A DNA stretch of 64,000 bases. Source: a virus. Positions 37,315 to 47,145 of the stretch are shown here, one piece after another (the stretch's first letter is position 1; every line of letters starts with the position of its first letter). Under the pieces are notes generated by a model. It was not told the DNA's origin. It did no database searches and was given only the letters and a program-made list of their open reading frames with translations. The position numbers and the translations under genes are program-made. The stretch is taken from the UHGV virus genome UHGV-0343432. One strand, 5' to 3'.

Positions 37315-38433
37315 TTATTCCTCCTCTTCTCCCACTGGGAATAGGTTTATCTCTTTCTCATTGAGATCTTCTAGTACCTTTTTAGTATTACTAAAAGTGT
37401 TTATTCCAGCAAGTTTAATAAGTTTACTTCTAATGTCTTTGTTCTCCTCCAAAAGTGATTGGAATGCGTCTTCTCCCCGTGCAATTTTATTCCCCTCCTT
37501 ATCGTAATAAATCGATGACCCCTTCTCCCTCTTAACTGCACCAGAGGATTCAAGTACCTCGGCTAACCCGGCATACCTTGAGAATCCAGGTTGGCAGTAA
37601 TCAGCCAGGAAATATACTTCAGTCTCCATTGTTGGCCTTGGTGGGGCTACCTTGTTTTTCTTCATCCTCAAGGAAACATAGTTACCAACCCAAGTCTCTT
37701 TCCCATGTACCTTTTCCTTGATTTGTTTTTTACGATAAAAACCCATACGAATATGGGCAAAGAATTTCATTGCTTCTCCACCTGGTGTTGTCTCGGGATC
37801 CTCGAACATGGTACCCAGTTTCTTCCTGAGTTGGTTAATGAATATGCAGGTGACTCCCAAATCTGCAAGCTCCTTGCTTCTCTTCCGGAGAAAGTTACCC
37901 ATTGCTTTAGCTCTGATACCCATCTCTGCCTTCTCATCTGTTTGTTCCATCTCCAACCTCTCTATTGTATCCAATGCTGCAATGGAATCCAACACATATA
38001 GAATAGGTTCATTGTGAGTTAACTTCTTTCTCAAAGCCCTGGCAGTTTCTATTGTCCAATCTGATATAACCTCTATGGCGTTCTCATGGAATACCAGAAC
38101 CTTATCCAAATCAATCCCATTTGTTGTCCACCAATCCTTCGAGTAAGAACTCTCAGCATCTACCCACATTCCCCAACCTCCAAGCTTTTGGCATATAGCT
38201 AAGAAGTCCAACGCTACCAGAGATTTACCCGAGCTCTCCTGACCAAATAACTCGAGTACTTTACCAAATGGTATACCCCCTCCAGTTACCCAGTTCATCA
38301 CTAAACTCCTTGACGGTAGCCATGGCATATTCTCCACTTCTCCATACATCTCAGAAGCCAGTGATACTTGAGAGTATTTATTCATGATACTCTGCAAGCT
38401 CTTTGTCTTTTTACTTTTCGCTTTCTTTGCCAT
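37315..38433 (-). CDS. RecA/UvsX-family recombinase
   Basis: ELFGQESSGKSLVAL matches RecA Walker A (EIYGPESSGKTTLAL); RecA-like core. Confidence 0.75.
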   Translation of the reverse strand: MAKKAKSKKTKSLQSIMNKYSQVSLASEMYGEVENMPWLPSRSLVMNWVTGGGIPFGKVLELFGQESSGKSLVALDFLAICQKLGGWGMWVDAESSYSKDWWTTNGIDLDKVLVFHENAIEVISDWTIETARALRKKLTHNEPILYVLDSIAALDTIERLEMEQTDEKAEMGIRAKAMGNFLRKRSKELADLGVTCIFINQLRKKLGTMFEDPETTPGGEAMKFFAHIRMGFYRKKQIKEKVHGKETWVGNYVSLRMKKNKVAPPRPTMETEVYFLADYCQPGFSRYAGLAEVLESSGAVKREKGSSIYYDKEGNKIARGEDAFQSLLEENKDIRSKLIKLAGINTFSNTKKVLEDLNEKEINLFPVGEEEE

Positions 38434-38687
38434 CAGTCATTTCTTTCAAATACAACCACTATACCGGTATTGGTATGTACCATTGTTTTTACAAACCAAC
38501 CTCTCTTTAGCCATACCTCTATCCCCTCTCCATAATCATAGGTAATATCTACTGCCATTTGCCTGTATTTTGGTATATTCACTTTAGATGCTTCCCAAAT
38601 ACCACCCTTGGCTATAATGTTGTCCTTATCTATGAAGAGAGGTCCATCCATTGGACCCCCTTCTACGTTCTCTTTCTCTTTACTCAT
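38433..38687 (-). CDS. hypothetical protein
   Basis: ORF track. Confidence 0.3.
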   Translation of the reverse strand: MSKEKENVEGGPMDGPLFIDKDNIIAKGGIWEASKVNIPKYRQMAVDITYDYGEGIEVWLKRGWFVKTMVHTNTGIVVVFERND

Positions 38688-39471
38688 CGTCTTCGTGTTT
38701 ATGTTTTTTGAGTTTCTTAGCCTTCTTCAAGGTTGATTTCTCTTTCTTATCCTTTTTGGATTTCTTTGATGAACCCATATCGTCATCCTCTTCCTCTGGT
38801 TCATCACTGCTGGAAGAAGCATTACCCATGTACTGTTCAATGTATTCCTGAGTTTTCTCATAAGAAGGAATAACCTCTCTTACTAAGGCCTCGATATCAA
38901 CTCCCTCTTTAGGTCTGCAATTCTTGGGTATGGAGTTGTTCTTGCAAGGCTTAACCGTGTACTCAGTATCGTTTTTACCTGTCCCCGTTCTCTTGAGTTT
39001 AAGGTCATAACCTTCATCTAGGTCAGTCATATCCCCCCACTCTTCTTCGTCAAGGTATAGGTCAATAATCTCTGAGTATTGAGACTGAGCCAACTGCAAC
39101 AGTTTGGGTTCAGGGTCATAGTCTTTTCCTTTCTCATCCTTGCAAAGGAGAACAGCAACCATGTATTTTTTCTTCGGAGAAAGATCTTTAGCCAACTCCT
39201 TATCATCTGGGTCTTTGGATTTCTTTAGCTCCTCGTACTTCTCGTAGATAGCACAAGGCTCATCATAAGTCATGGGAGAATAAACTCCCTTGATATCTCC
39301 ACCCAAGTAGAATTGAACTACCTCTTTTATAAACTCTTCTTCATCTCCAGCAGAGAGTAAACGAACCCTCAGCTCTTCATCTGCTTTCTGGAAAAGTACT
39401 TTACCATTTCCTTTTGTTTTGAGAGCCTTTTGTTTATCTCTCAACCTGTCTTTTAAACTTTTCTTTGCCAT
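38680..39471 (-). CDS. hypothetical protein with Lys-rich C-terminus (possible DNA-binding/recombination accessory)
   Basis: position between recombinase and ligase; KKSKKDKKEKSTLKKAKKLKKHK tail. Confidence 0.3.
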   Translation of the reverse strand: MAKKSLKDRLRDKQKALKTKGNGKVLFQKADEELRVRLLSAGDEEEFIKEVVQFYLGGDIKGVYSPMTYDEPCAIYEKYEELKKSKDPDDKELAKDLSPKKKYMVAVLLCKDEKGKDYDPEPKLLQLAQSQYSEIIDLYLDEEEWGDMTDLDEGYDLKLKRTGTGKNDTEYTVKPCKNNSIPKNCRPKEGVDIEALVREVIPSYEKTQEYIEQYMGNASSSSDEPEEEDDDMGSSKKSKKDKKEKSTLKKAKKLKKHKHEDDE

Positions 39472-39485
39472 AACATAAAATTAAA

Positions 39486-39950
39486 TTATACTTTATCCCG
39501 CCTAATATTAGCGGATACTGTTTGCATTAACATAGATCTTTGCTCGAAAGCTCGTACACATACTTCAAGTATGTCAACATCTGCACTCACTGCTAAGAAT
39601 TTCTTGTAATCATCCTGATACTCCTTGCTTTTATATACCATGGCTTCAGCTAAATCATTGGCCATTTTCTCTTGGCTTTTGTATTGGGAGAAGAGTCGGG
39701 ACCTTGTCTTCTCAAGAATCCTTTCTCTCTCCCTCTTTAATACTAAAGCTTTTTTATGTAACATGGCAATAAAGGCATAGTGATTAGGCTGATCCTTCAA
39801 CTCCGAGTTAACTGAGTCATTATCGAATGAGAGTTCATCTTTGAGATTAAAAACTATCCTCTCATCTCCCAAGTTAATATCCACTACAGTTATACTCGTG
39901 TTTGTTTCCCAATATTTTAACTTCTTTATCTTCCTTAGGTTAACAGCCAT
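39486..39950 (-). CDS. hypothetical protein
   Basis: ORF track. Confidence 0.3.
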   Translation of the reverse strand: MAVNLRKIKKLKYWETNTSITVVDINLGDERIVFNLKDELSFDNDSVNSELKDQPNHYAFIAMLHKKALVLKRERERILEKTRSRLFSQYKSQEKMANDLAEAMVYKSKEYQDDYKKFLAVSADVDILEVCVRAFEQRSMLMQTVSANIRRDKV

Positions 39951-39982
39951 ACCATTTTTATTTTAATTAGTACCAGACCAAG

Positions 39983-41335
39983 TTATAAATCCCTCTTTTC
40001 CTTGTAGATAGTTTTTATGGTTGGGAATCTCAAACTTATGTTACCCAACTTATTGGTCGTCTCCTCGAAATACTTAACAGTAGCCCATTTCCCAATAATC
40101 AATTTAGGATTCTTAAACCACTTCTTCCTATCTTCAATGGTATACCCAGAACCAACTGATACCCTGAAACCCTTATGCTCAATGATAAGGTTAGTTACCA
40201 TGTCTTCCACTCTCCTTTTCTTAATGGGTCTACCCTGGTTATCTAAGGAATCATAGTAATAAGTGAATGGTCCTGTCTCCACATCAAGTATTTGGTACTC
40301 AGCGTCATCAAATTTCTTCATCTTTAGAACTACATCGGTTTTTATTCCCTTGTACCCGGCATTTTTATGGATTACTAATCCCTCCCATCCCTTACTGTTG
40401 GCATCTTCAAACTCTTTCAAAAGAGAATCCATATCCTCTACTTTATGTTGTTCAAGCATAAAGATATGTGGGTATTCCATCATCTTCAAATCCTCTTCTA
40501 ATTGAGCTAACCTCTCAGTAAATGGCCTGGTTCCCTTAGCTGAGTTGTGTTCTTCCCAAGTAACATAATCGTATACTGCATAATGGGGTTCAGGGATAGT
40601 GTAATCCTTTTTCTTTACATCTCCAACTACCTTTTGAAAATCCTCGTTACCATCTGAACCAATTAAGAATACCTCTCCCACTAATACCATGTTACGGATA
40701 CCAGATTCTTTAATGGCATCCTTCAATACTTGTAGAGTTGTAAACTCATTACCCTCTCTTGAGTATGTCCTTGCAACTCCTTTCCCATCCACGAAAGTTT
40801 CACATCTAACTCCATCCAATTTTCTTGACCAAAGCCAAAGATCTTTCTTGAAGTCCAATTTATTCTGGTAGTCAAAGAAATTCTTGGCTCTGGTTATAGA
40901 GAATTGTGGAATGAGGTTTCTCTTCATCGTGGTGAAGTATGCAGCATTTATATTGGCTACGTTAATTCCCTGTTTCAACCCCTTGTCAAGGATACATAAT
41001 AGAGTATCTGCATAAGCTGGATACTTATCCAACATATTAATGCACCTGTAAAGTGCATTGTGACCAGTTAATCTCCTACTACATAAATCTCTAAACAAGT
41101 CGTATATAGAGTAATCTTCTGGTAAATCTCCATTCGGGTCATGAGTATATTTAAACTTCTCTATCCCTTTCTTGGTAACTCCAAATTTTTTGAAAGGGTT
41201 GTAGGTCCACCAGAGTAGTTTCCTACATTCTGGATACCTTAACAGGACATTGGTTTTGACCGAGGCAGTATTTGTCTGCCTTAGGTCATCCACCAATCCT
41301 TCCAAACTATCTAATAATTTCTCATTGTAATCCAT
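39983..41335 (-). CDS. ATP-dependent DNA ligase
   Basis: adenylation motif I KLDGVR (WSRKLDGVRCE), nucleotidyltransferase-fold spacing. Confidence 0.7.
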   Translation of the reverse strand: MDYNEKLLDSLEGLVDDLRQTNTASVKTNVLLRYPECRKLLWWTYNPFKKFGVTKKGIEKFKYTHDPNGDLPEDYSIYDLFRDLCSRRLTGHNALYRCINMLDKYPAYADTLLCILDKGLKQGINVANINAAYFTTMKRNLIPQFSITRAKNFFDYQNKLDFKKDLWLWSRKLDGVRCETFVDGKGVARTYSREGNEFTTLQVLKDAIKESGIRNMVLVGEVFLIGSDGNEDFQKVVGDVKKKDYTIPEPHYAVYDYVTWEEHNSAKGTRPFTERLAQLEEDLKMMEYPHIFMLEQHKVEDMDSLLKEFEDANSKGWEGLVIHKNAGYKGIKTDVVLKMKKFDDAEYQILDVETGPFTYYYDSLDNQGRPIKKRRVEDMVTNLIIEHKGFRVSVGSGYTIEDRKKWFKNPKLIIGKWATVKYFEETTNKLGNISLRFPTIKTIYKEKRDL

Positions 41336-41349
41336 GATAAATATTTTAT

Positions 41350-41395
41350 TTATTGCAAATATAATATCCCATTATCTCCCATGCAATTCTCGAGT
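41350..41395 (-). promoter_or_regulatory. conserved early promoter copy 9 (upstream of ligase)
   Basis: minus strand GAATTGCATGGG...GGATATTATATTTGCAATAAAT. Confidence 0.5.
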
Positions 41396-44300
41396 TTCCT
41401 TATTTTCCCACCAGTATGGAGTGTAACATTCCTTGTATACTTCTGAGTAATCAGTACCCCTCTCATATCCCCTCAACTTTGACCATCTTAAACCCAACTC
41501 GAAATCAACTGCCATAGTAATACCTTTCAACTTAAACCCAAAGTATTTTTGAGTATCTGGGTCCCTACATATATCGAATAACTGGTCTACCACTTTGTCA
41601 TTCATATCTTTCGGGTCAAGATAGAACATAAGAGAGTCATGTATTGTCCCAATTTGCTCGATAGAAGATGGAAGTTCTCCCCTCATGATTTTCTCCCTAA
41701 TAAGTATACTAGAAAACAATGCGAAATCCGAAGCAGTTCCTTGGATAGGAGCATTTATGGCATCTCGTAACGCTTTTGCGTGTTTACCTCTATCTCTCTT
41801 ATTTTTAGCATCTGGTAACCTTCTTTTCCTACCAAACGGAGATAATACATATCCATGTTTCTCAGCAAACTTCATTTGTTTATTGACAAACCTTTTAACG
41901 CCCGGGAAAATCTCAAACCATTCTTCCAAGAACTCAAGAGCTTCTTCCTTCGTAGCTTTATGTTTATCGGTTGATAGGGATTCTTTCAAATGATTTGGTC
42001 CCTGTTGATACAAGATACCAAATCCAATTGTCTTGGCTTGTTTTCTCTTCACTTTCCACTCCTTGTAATTTGGGTCATCCTCGTTAGAGTAAATCTTATT
42101 TATCTCATCGTAATCCTCTCCATATTTCTTACAAGCAGTAGCCAAGTGTATGTCATGACCAACTCTAAACCATTCCAACATCTGCTTATCCTGAGACCAA
42201 CCTGCAACTACCCGGAACTCTGCTGCTGAATAGTCAAGCTGCATCATAACCTTTCCTGGAGGGCATACAAACATTTGCTTAATGTCACTTGCCGTAGTAT
42301 CTCGTGGCATATTCTGCAAGTTCGGATTCCGACTGCTAAGTCTCCCCGTGACCGTATTGCAACTCACATAATTAGAGCGAGTTACATAACTATGCTTATC
42401 ATTTACTGATAAATCCATGATGGTCTTCTTACCTATATACTCTACCCTAATCTTAGTTAAGTATATGTATTTCCATGATTCACCATTTATAACCCTTCTT
42501 ACTTGAGCTTGTGATATCCCATACTTTTCAACTATTTGCCCTTGTGTCAATCCCTCTCTATGGTCTAACAATATTTGTCCAACAGTTTGAGTATCCAATA
42601 CTGTCTTCCCATTGATAGCTCCGTTAGTAAATGCAGTTCTGGTATTCTTATAGGCACGTTTTGTATTCTCTGAGTAAGTGATACATTGTAAGTTCTCTGG
42701 GATATTATTTAGCGGGTTACAATCTATGTGGTCTATCACATACCCATCTGGTATACTGGCATTATTAAATGCTGACCATACTAACCTTGATACTGGTAAC
42801 ATCTTTTTTATCCCAGTGCCATTCCTTAACCCCACTCTACTATGTAACCTATTACCAGATTTCTGTACCCTAGGTACCATCTCATGTGGGTTGTTATAGT
42901 CTAACATACCTTGAGCACCTGGTATTTTTACTGAGAATATTTTACCTTCAGACGATGCTAAATAACCAGGCCAATTTGGGATTTCTTTAAATACCACTTC
43001 TCCATATTTCTTACCCACTTCTACAGGCTGTATATCTAACCTGGATACATCATGCATGATAACATCCAAGTCATATTTAGCTATCTTCCAAATGGGTTTA
43101 AAACCACGTGGAGTAAGTAATTTATGGTATTTCGTACACTCAAGAACATCTCCCCTATCTGTAGTTACCCTGTAAGTATCCAGTACTCCCTTGTTTATAG
43201 TATGAGTTACCTGTTCCCAAGTTCCAGCATGAGTTAATACATAGATATTATCTTTTACCACATCTTTTACCCCCACCTCTTTTGGAGCTATATCACCTAT
43301 AACTATATCCCTTTCTTTTCCTACCAAAACCGTATCCTCAGTTACGCAACCATGGATAAGGAATGAACCATGAAGAGTGTTATCTGGGTTAAGTACATCC
43401 CTTATACCTACAATATAAGTGGAGTATAACTTGGTCATCTCTCGATACTTTAACAGAGTATCTATAAACCCAGTCTCATCCTTCTCCCTTAACTCGAGTA
43501 ATACATCTTCACTCGTTGCTGGGTTATTGGTTGGTTTCTTGGTTTTCTTATCCTCTGTATACTTTATTATTGGTAGCTTCAACCCATACCTGTTATAATA
43601 TAAAAAGTCAATGAGTTGTTTCACTGACTTTAGATTTAGTGGTTCAAGGGTTTTCTGGTCACTCTTGGTTATACCAACTCCGGCTGAGTAATTATCATAC
43701 TTCTTTTGTAGGTTAGCGATACTCCTTTGCAAGCTGCTAGCTTTACGTTTATCTTCAGTCTCATCTAACTCGTTGGTCTTTATTTCAATTTGTTCTAGAA
43801 GGTTACCCAATAGAGCTTTTTTAGCAGCCTTTAGTCTCTTCTTATTATACTTAACGAGAGATGGTACTGAGTACATCTTCTTCTCAGCTTCCTCAATCTT
43901 TATTTTATAACTCTCCACTAACCCATCAAGGTATGGTCTATCAACCCAGTATCCCCTACTCTCAACTTCTGATAAGTTATATGAAGCCATCTCCAACAGG
44001 TTTCTATACAACTGGTAGAATCCCAGTTCTCTTACCCTACTCTCAAGGTATATAGCTAACCTAAGACAAAGGTCAGAGTCCAAAGCATTATAGGGTGCAA
44101 GTGTTTCAAGAGGTACGTTTGTCCAAAACTTAACCGTATCTTCTGGGGTCCTCTCTGTCTCCTCTCCCTTGATTGAGTAGTTTGCATACTCGGGAAAAAA
44201 CGAATAAGCCAGAGATTTCAAATCGTGTGGTCTCTGCTCATTCAATAGGTATTTTAATAACATGGTATCCAAGATAACTCCTCTCGGTTTTATACCATAT

Positions 44301-44641
44301 TTAAGCCACCAACCATGCTCGAATTTAAAGTTGTGTGCTACCTTAGTTATCCTATCATTCTGGATTAATTCCCTACCTATATACTTAAGGATCTTCAACC
44401 ACTTATTCCCCTTTTTATTTGGTGAATCTTTGTGGGCTAAAGGTATAACATAGGCATACCCAGGTTGAAAAGCTATAGATATACAAGTAGGGAACCCATT
44501 AGGATTTGAACTATGGTGACCAGATGTCTCATAGTCATGAGCACAATACCCAGTCACCTTGCAGTACTCGACAACTTTCTTCACATCAGCCATGGTAATG
44601 GCATAACTGAAGTGATAATTATCTAGTACCGACTTGTTCAT
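41372..44641 (-). CDS. family A DNA polymerase with 3'-5' exonuclease domain, interrupted by intein
   Basis: Exo I AHDYETSG; after intein TVTGRLSSRNPNLQNMP, motif A LDYSAAEFRVVA, DIHLATA, motif B KTIGFGILYQ, motif C TIHDSL. Confidence 0.8.
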   Translation of the reverse strand: MNKSVLDNYHFSYAITMADVKKVVEYCKVTGYCAHDYETSGHHSSNPNGFPTCISIAFQPGYAYVIPLAHKDSPNKKGNKWLKILKYIGRELIQNDRITKVAHNFKFEHGWWLKYGIKPRGVILDTMLLKYLLNEQRPHDLKSLAYSFFPEYANYSIKGEETERTPEDTVKFWTNVPLETLAPYNALDSDLCLRLAIYLESRVRELGFYQLYRNLLEMASYNLSEVESRGYWVDRPYLDGLVESYKIKIEEAEKKMYSVPSLVKYNKKRLKAAKKALLGNLLEQIEIKTNELDETEDKRKASSLQRSIANLQKKYDNYSAGVGITKSDQKTLEPLNLKSVKQLIDFLYYNRYGLKLPIIKYTEDKKTKKPTNNPATSEDVLLELREKDETGFIDTLLKYREMTKLYSTYIVGIRDVLNPDNTLHGSFLIHGCVTEDTVLVGKERDIVIGDIAPKEVGVKDVVKDNIYVLTHAGTWEQVTHTINKGVLDTYRVTTDRGDVLECTKYHKLLTPRGFKPIWKIAKYDLDVIMHDVSRLDIQPVEVGKKYGEVVFKEIPNWPGYLASSEGKIFSVKIPGAQGMLDYNNPHEMVPRVQKSGNRLHSRVGLRNGTGIKKMLPVSRLVWSAFNNASIPDGYVIDHIDCNPLNNIPENLQCITYSENTKRAYKNTRTAFTNGAINGKTVLDTQTVGQILLDHREGLTQGQIVEKYGISQAQVRRVINGESWKYIYLTKIRVEYIGKKTIMDLSVNDKHSYVTRSNYVSCNTVTGRLSSRNPNLQNMPRDTTASDIKQMFVCPPGKVMMQLDYSAAEFRVVAGWSQDKQMLEWFRVGHDIHLATACKKYGEDYDEINKIYSNEDDPNYKEWKVKRKQAKTIGFGILYQQGPNHLKESLSTDKHKATKEEALEFLEEWFEIFPGVKRFVNKQMKFAEKHGYVLSPFGRKRRLPDAKNKRDRGKHAKALRDAINAPIQGTASDFALFSSILIREKIMRGELPSSIEQIGTIHDSLMFYLDPKDMNDKVVDQLFDICRDPDTQKYFGFKLKGITMAVDFELGLRWSKLRGYERGTDYSEVYKECYTPYWWENKETRELHGR
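42356..43348 (-). mobile_element. intein (331 aa) with HNH_3 endonuclease and C-terminal HTH in DNA polymerase
   Basis: starts CVTEDTVLV after LHGSFLIHG; block B VLTHAGTWEQVTHTINKGV nearly identical to TerL intein; HNH RLVWSAFNNASIPDGYVIDHIDCNPLNNIPENLQCITYSENTKRA; ends ...YVSCN followed by +1 Thr of TVTGRLSS. Confidence 0.55.
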
Positions 44642-45404
44642 CTCTTATACAATTTTTAAGTATGTTCCAATCTTTCCTGTACGAGTGGAGAGATGCAATG
44701 TTATGGTATAAGTAACCCTGTTTGAGTTCTCTTAAACCTTTTGACCTGAGTACTTCTCGTATGTACTCTTTCAGTTGCCAAGCTAACCATACATCATTCC
44801 CGAAATGAGTTACTACATCGGCTGAACGTTGGTTGTATATCAGGTGTACCTGTTGGTTACGGATAATTACCTGATAATACATGGAGCAAGGTACTCTCTT
44901 CCTTCCACCTATATATGCTCCATCCTTCTCCAAATCCCATACAGGAATAATTCCCTGACGAGTATCAGGGTTTCTGAGTAACTCATTGATGACTCTCTGT
45001 AAATTACCAATGGCATCTTCTGACTCATCACCTGGACAGAAGTTCAATCTCTCCCCATAGGCGTAATCAAACTTACCATTTACCAAGAACTCTTCCCAAA
45101 TCTCTTTTCGGATTTTCCAAGCTTCACCAGGATTTAAACCTTTCGGGTCAACTCTCTCGTTAAACTCTGCAATAGCCCATTTCTTTGTTGACTCGATAGC
45201 AGTCTGGGTACCATTGAATAGATACTCTTCCTGGCCCAATGTCAATAGGCAATACGAGTAATTTAATATCTCCTTTGTCTCATAGTTAATGTCCCCCTCG
45301 ATATTCTTGTTTTGCATGGATTTGGGAGTAACTATAGCACTCATCTCGTAGACATCCCTCCTTACCTCTGACATCAATTCATAACAGTCGTCAAATACTC
45401 TCAT
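44619..45404 (-). CDS. divergent thymidylate-synthase-fold protein (candidate deoxypyrimidine hydroxymethylase)
   Basis: RKRVPCSMYYQ (Cys nucleophile region) ... YNQRSADVVTHFGND; acidic residue at the position aligning to ThyA Asn177. Confidence 0.5.
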   Translation of the reverse strand: MRVFDDCYELMSEVRRDVYEMSAIVTPKSMQNKNIEGDINYETKEILNYSYCLLTLGQEEYLFNGTQTAIESTKKWAIAEFNERVDPKGLNPGEAWKIRKEIWEEFLVNGKFDYAYGERLNFCPGDESEDAIGNLQRVINELLRNPDTRQGIIPVWDLEKDGAYIGGRKRVPCSMYYQVIIRNQQVHLIYNQRSADVVTHFGNDVWLAWQLKEYIREVLRSKGLRELKQGYLYHNIASLHSYRKDWNILKNCIRDEQVGTR

Positions 45405-45936
45405 TTACATTTTGTTTTAGTGTTCTTAAATATCTTTCATTTTCCCTAATTTTCTTATAGGTTTTCTTTACACACCCACTTGATACTCCCCAATCCCTAG
45501 CTATCTGAGCCATACTTATACCTTGTTTTACTAATTCTGGTATCATCAGCCTCTGTTTATCTGATAACCTTGATACCTTACTCTTCTCCCCAAACTTATT
45601 ATATCCCGGGTGTTCTTCTCCAAATACTTTCTTCTCAAGTCCTAATTTATAAGCATGAGTAGTATTCTGAGAATACGTTACCCATTCAAGGTTAGTGGAT
45701 ACATTATTTTTCTTATTACCATCCTTGTGATTTACACAAGGATAATTATTGGGATTAGGTATAAATGCTAAGGCAACTAACCTATGAACAAATACCCTTA
45801 CTTTACCCTTAAAACTAACACGTAGATATCCACATGAATTTTCTTTAGGTACCATCAACTCCCCCTTATCCTTATTAAATACTTTACCAGTATCTGATAT
45901 CTCTAAGTTAGGATATTTGTCCAAGGTTCTCCACAT
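45391..45936 (-). CDS. HNH homing endonuclease (NUMOD4 + HNH_3 + C-terminal HTH)
   Basis: YPNLEISDTGKV; HRLVALAFIPNPNNYPCVNHKDGNKKNNVSTNLEWVTYSQN; C-terminal ISMAQIARDWGVS HTH. Confidence 0.7.
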   Translation of the reverse strand: MWRTLDKYPNLEISDTGKVFNKDKGELMVPKENSCGYLRVSFKGKVRVFVHRLVALAFIPNPNNYPCVNHKDGNKKNNVSTNLEWVTYSQNTTHAYKLGLEKKVFGEEHPGYNKFGEKSKVSRLSDKQRLMIPELVKQGISMAQIARDWGVSSGCVKKTYKKIRENERYLRTLKQNVNESI

Positions 45937-45939
45937 GGC

Positions 45940-46284
45940 TTACTCCTCCACTTTTTCGATTGTCCCCCAAACATCAATGTCAGAGATAAGTTTAAAAGCT
46001 TTAGCTTCCTTTACCTCTTCATTAACCCTTGTCTTCATTTTCAGGTTCATCTCGCAACCTGAGAAGTGAGAGAAGATAACTGTATCACCGATGTTGTAAT
46101 CAGTTACAGCATCTCCTTTTCTCACTACCTCTCCAATAACTGGTTTACCATCTTGAGTATTACCCGGGATAATGATACCAGATTTTAATTTCTCATCTCC
46201 CCCGATAACCTCTACAAGGAGCTTACTCGCTCCCACCTTTGTAATGTTTACATTGTCTCTGATTAATGAAATTTTCTTTTCCAT
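45940..46284 (-). CDS. GroES-like co-chaperonin (Cpn10/T4 gp31-like)
   Basis: 114 aa; KSGIIIPGNTQDGKPVIGEVVRKG...IGDTVIFSHFSGCE resembles GroES mobile loop and beta-barrel pattern. Confidence 0.45.
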   Translation of the reverse strand: MEKKISLIRDNVNITKVGASKLLVEVIGGDEKLKSGIIIPGNTQDGKPVIGEVVRKGDAVTDYNIGDTVIFSHFSGCEMNLKMKTRVNEEVKEAKAFKLISDIDVWGTIEKVEE

Positions 46285-46332
46285 ATCTTTAGTATTAATT
46301 TTAATTGAATAGTACTCAACATGTTAGTGGGT

Positions 46333-47145
46333 TTATTGACCTGGTAGTTTGCAATCCTTAGCAAGTGTTTTCAATTTTGCTTTAAAACCAATGAACCCAT
46401 CCTTAGCTATTAACTGCCTACATATCCTTATATGGACCTTATATTTCAGGCTCTCTGCATAATCGGGGTCAGAGAATTTTTCTAATAGCTCCAACATTTT
46501 TTTGGTTACGTCATTCTCTTTCCCTTTCAATAGCTTATGGAGATCTTTGTGGATATGATATCCAGTTAATAACTCGATAGATGACCACATATTCCCACAG
46601 AATAAAGTAACTGCCAGGTCTACTCCCTCTCCATAGATATACTCACCCATTCTCTGGATAAGTAAGAAGTCAAATATCAACCTCTTGGTTACTTCTGATG
46701 ACCTGATGTTAACGACCATCCTTCTAGTATCATCCTTGTGTCTCCTTTGGAATACCACTGAAAGTAAGCAACCTTTTCCCGAGTCATGTTGGTTAGTGAA
46801 CTTATAGGCTATATTATATGAACCAGCATTAGCCCTTTCTTTTGCCTGTATTTGAGATTTTACAAGGTCAAGTTGATTAAGGCTAAGGTAGTTCGCTATA
46901 AGACGGGTCCATTTTTGCAAGTGGTACCCGAAGAGTTTTGCAAAATCAAATTCAGGGTCTATCCAAGCCTTGTTAATATCTATCACCACATTGTATGCAA
47001 TGAGTTGGGATGATACCCTTATCCCACTTTCCGGTAGTTTATCTGCGTTTAGGAAAAGATACTCATTGATCTTTTCCCAAGCGTGTTGTGTTGTAGGTGC
47101 TGTTAAATAAATCATATTAATATTTTGAGCGGATCCTAAACTCAT
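46333..47145 (-). CDS. second divergent ThyA-fold candidate (possible dCMP-hydroxymethylase-like)
   Basis: GKGCLLSVVFQRR...NIRSSEV...LIFDFLLIQ aligns with ThyA CHxxFQFYV...YQRSxD...PFNIASYAL with Asp replacing Asn177. Confidence 0.35.
   Translation of the reverse strand: MSLGSAQNINMIYLTAPTTQHAWEKINEYLFLNADKLPESGIRVSSQLIAYNVVIDINKAWIDPEFDFAKLFGYHLQKWTRLIANYLSLNQLDLVKSQIQAKERANAGSYNIAYKFTNQHDSGKGCLLSVVFQRRHKDDTRRMVVNIRSSEVTKRLIFDFLLIQRMGEYIYGEGVDLAVTLFCGNMWSSIELLTGYHIHKDLHKLLKGKENDVTKKMLELLEKFSDPDYAESLKYKVHIRICRQLIAKDGFIGFKAKLKTLAKDCKLPGQ

Noticed and set aside
37591-38017. Plus-strand ORFs of 136 and 69 aa
   Set aside because: Antisense to the well-supported RecA/UvsX gene.
38680-39471. 263-aa protein between RecA and ligase as an SSB (gp32-like)
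   Set aside because: It lacks an OB-fold signature or the acidic C-terminal tail typical of phage SSBs. It is kept as hypothetical.
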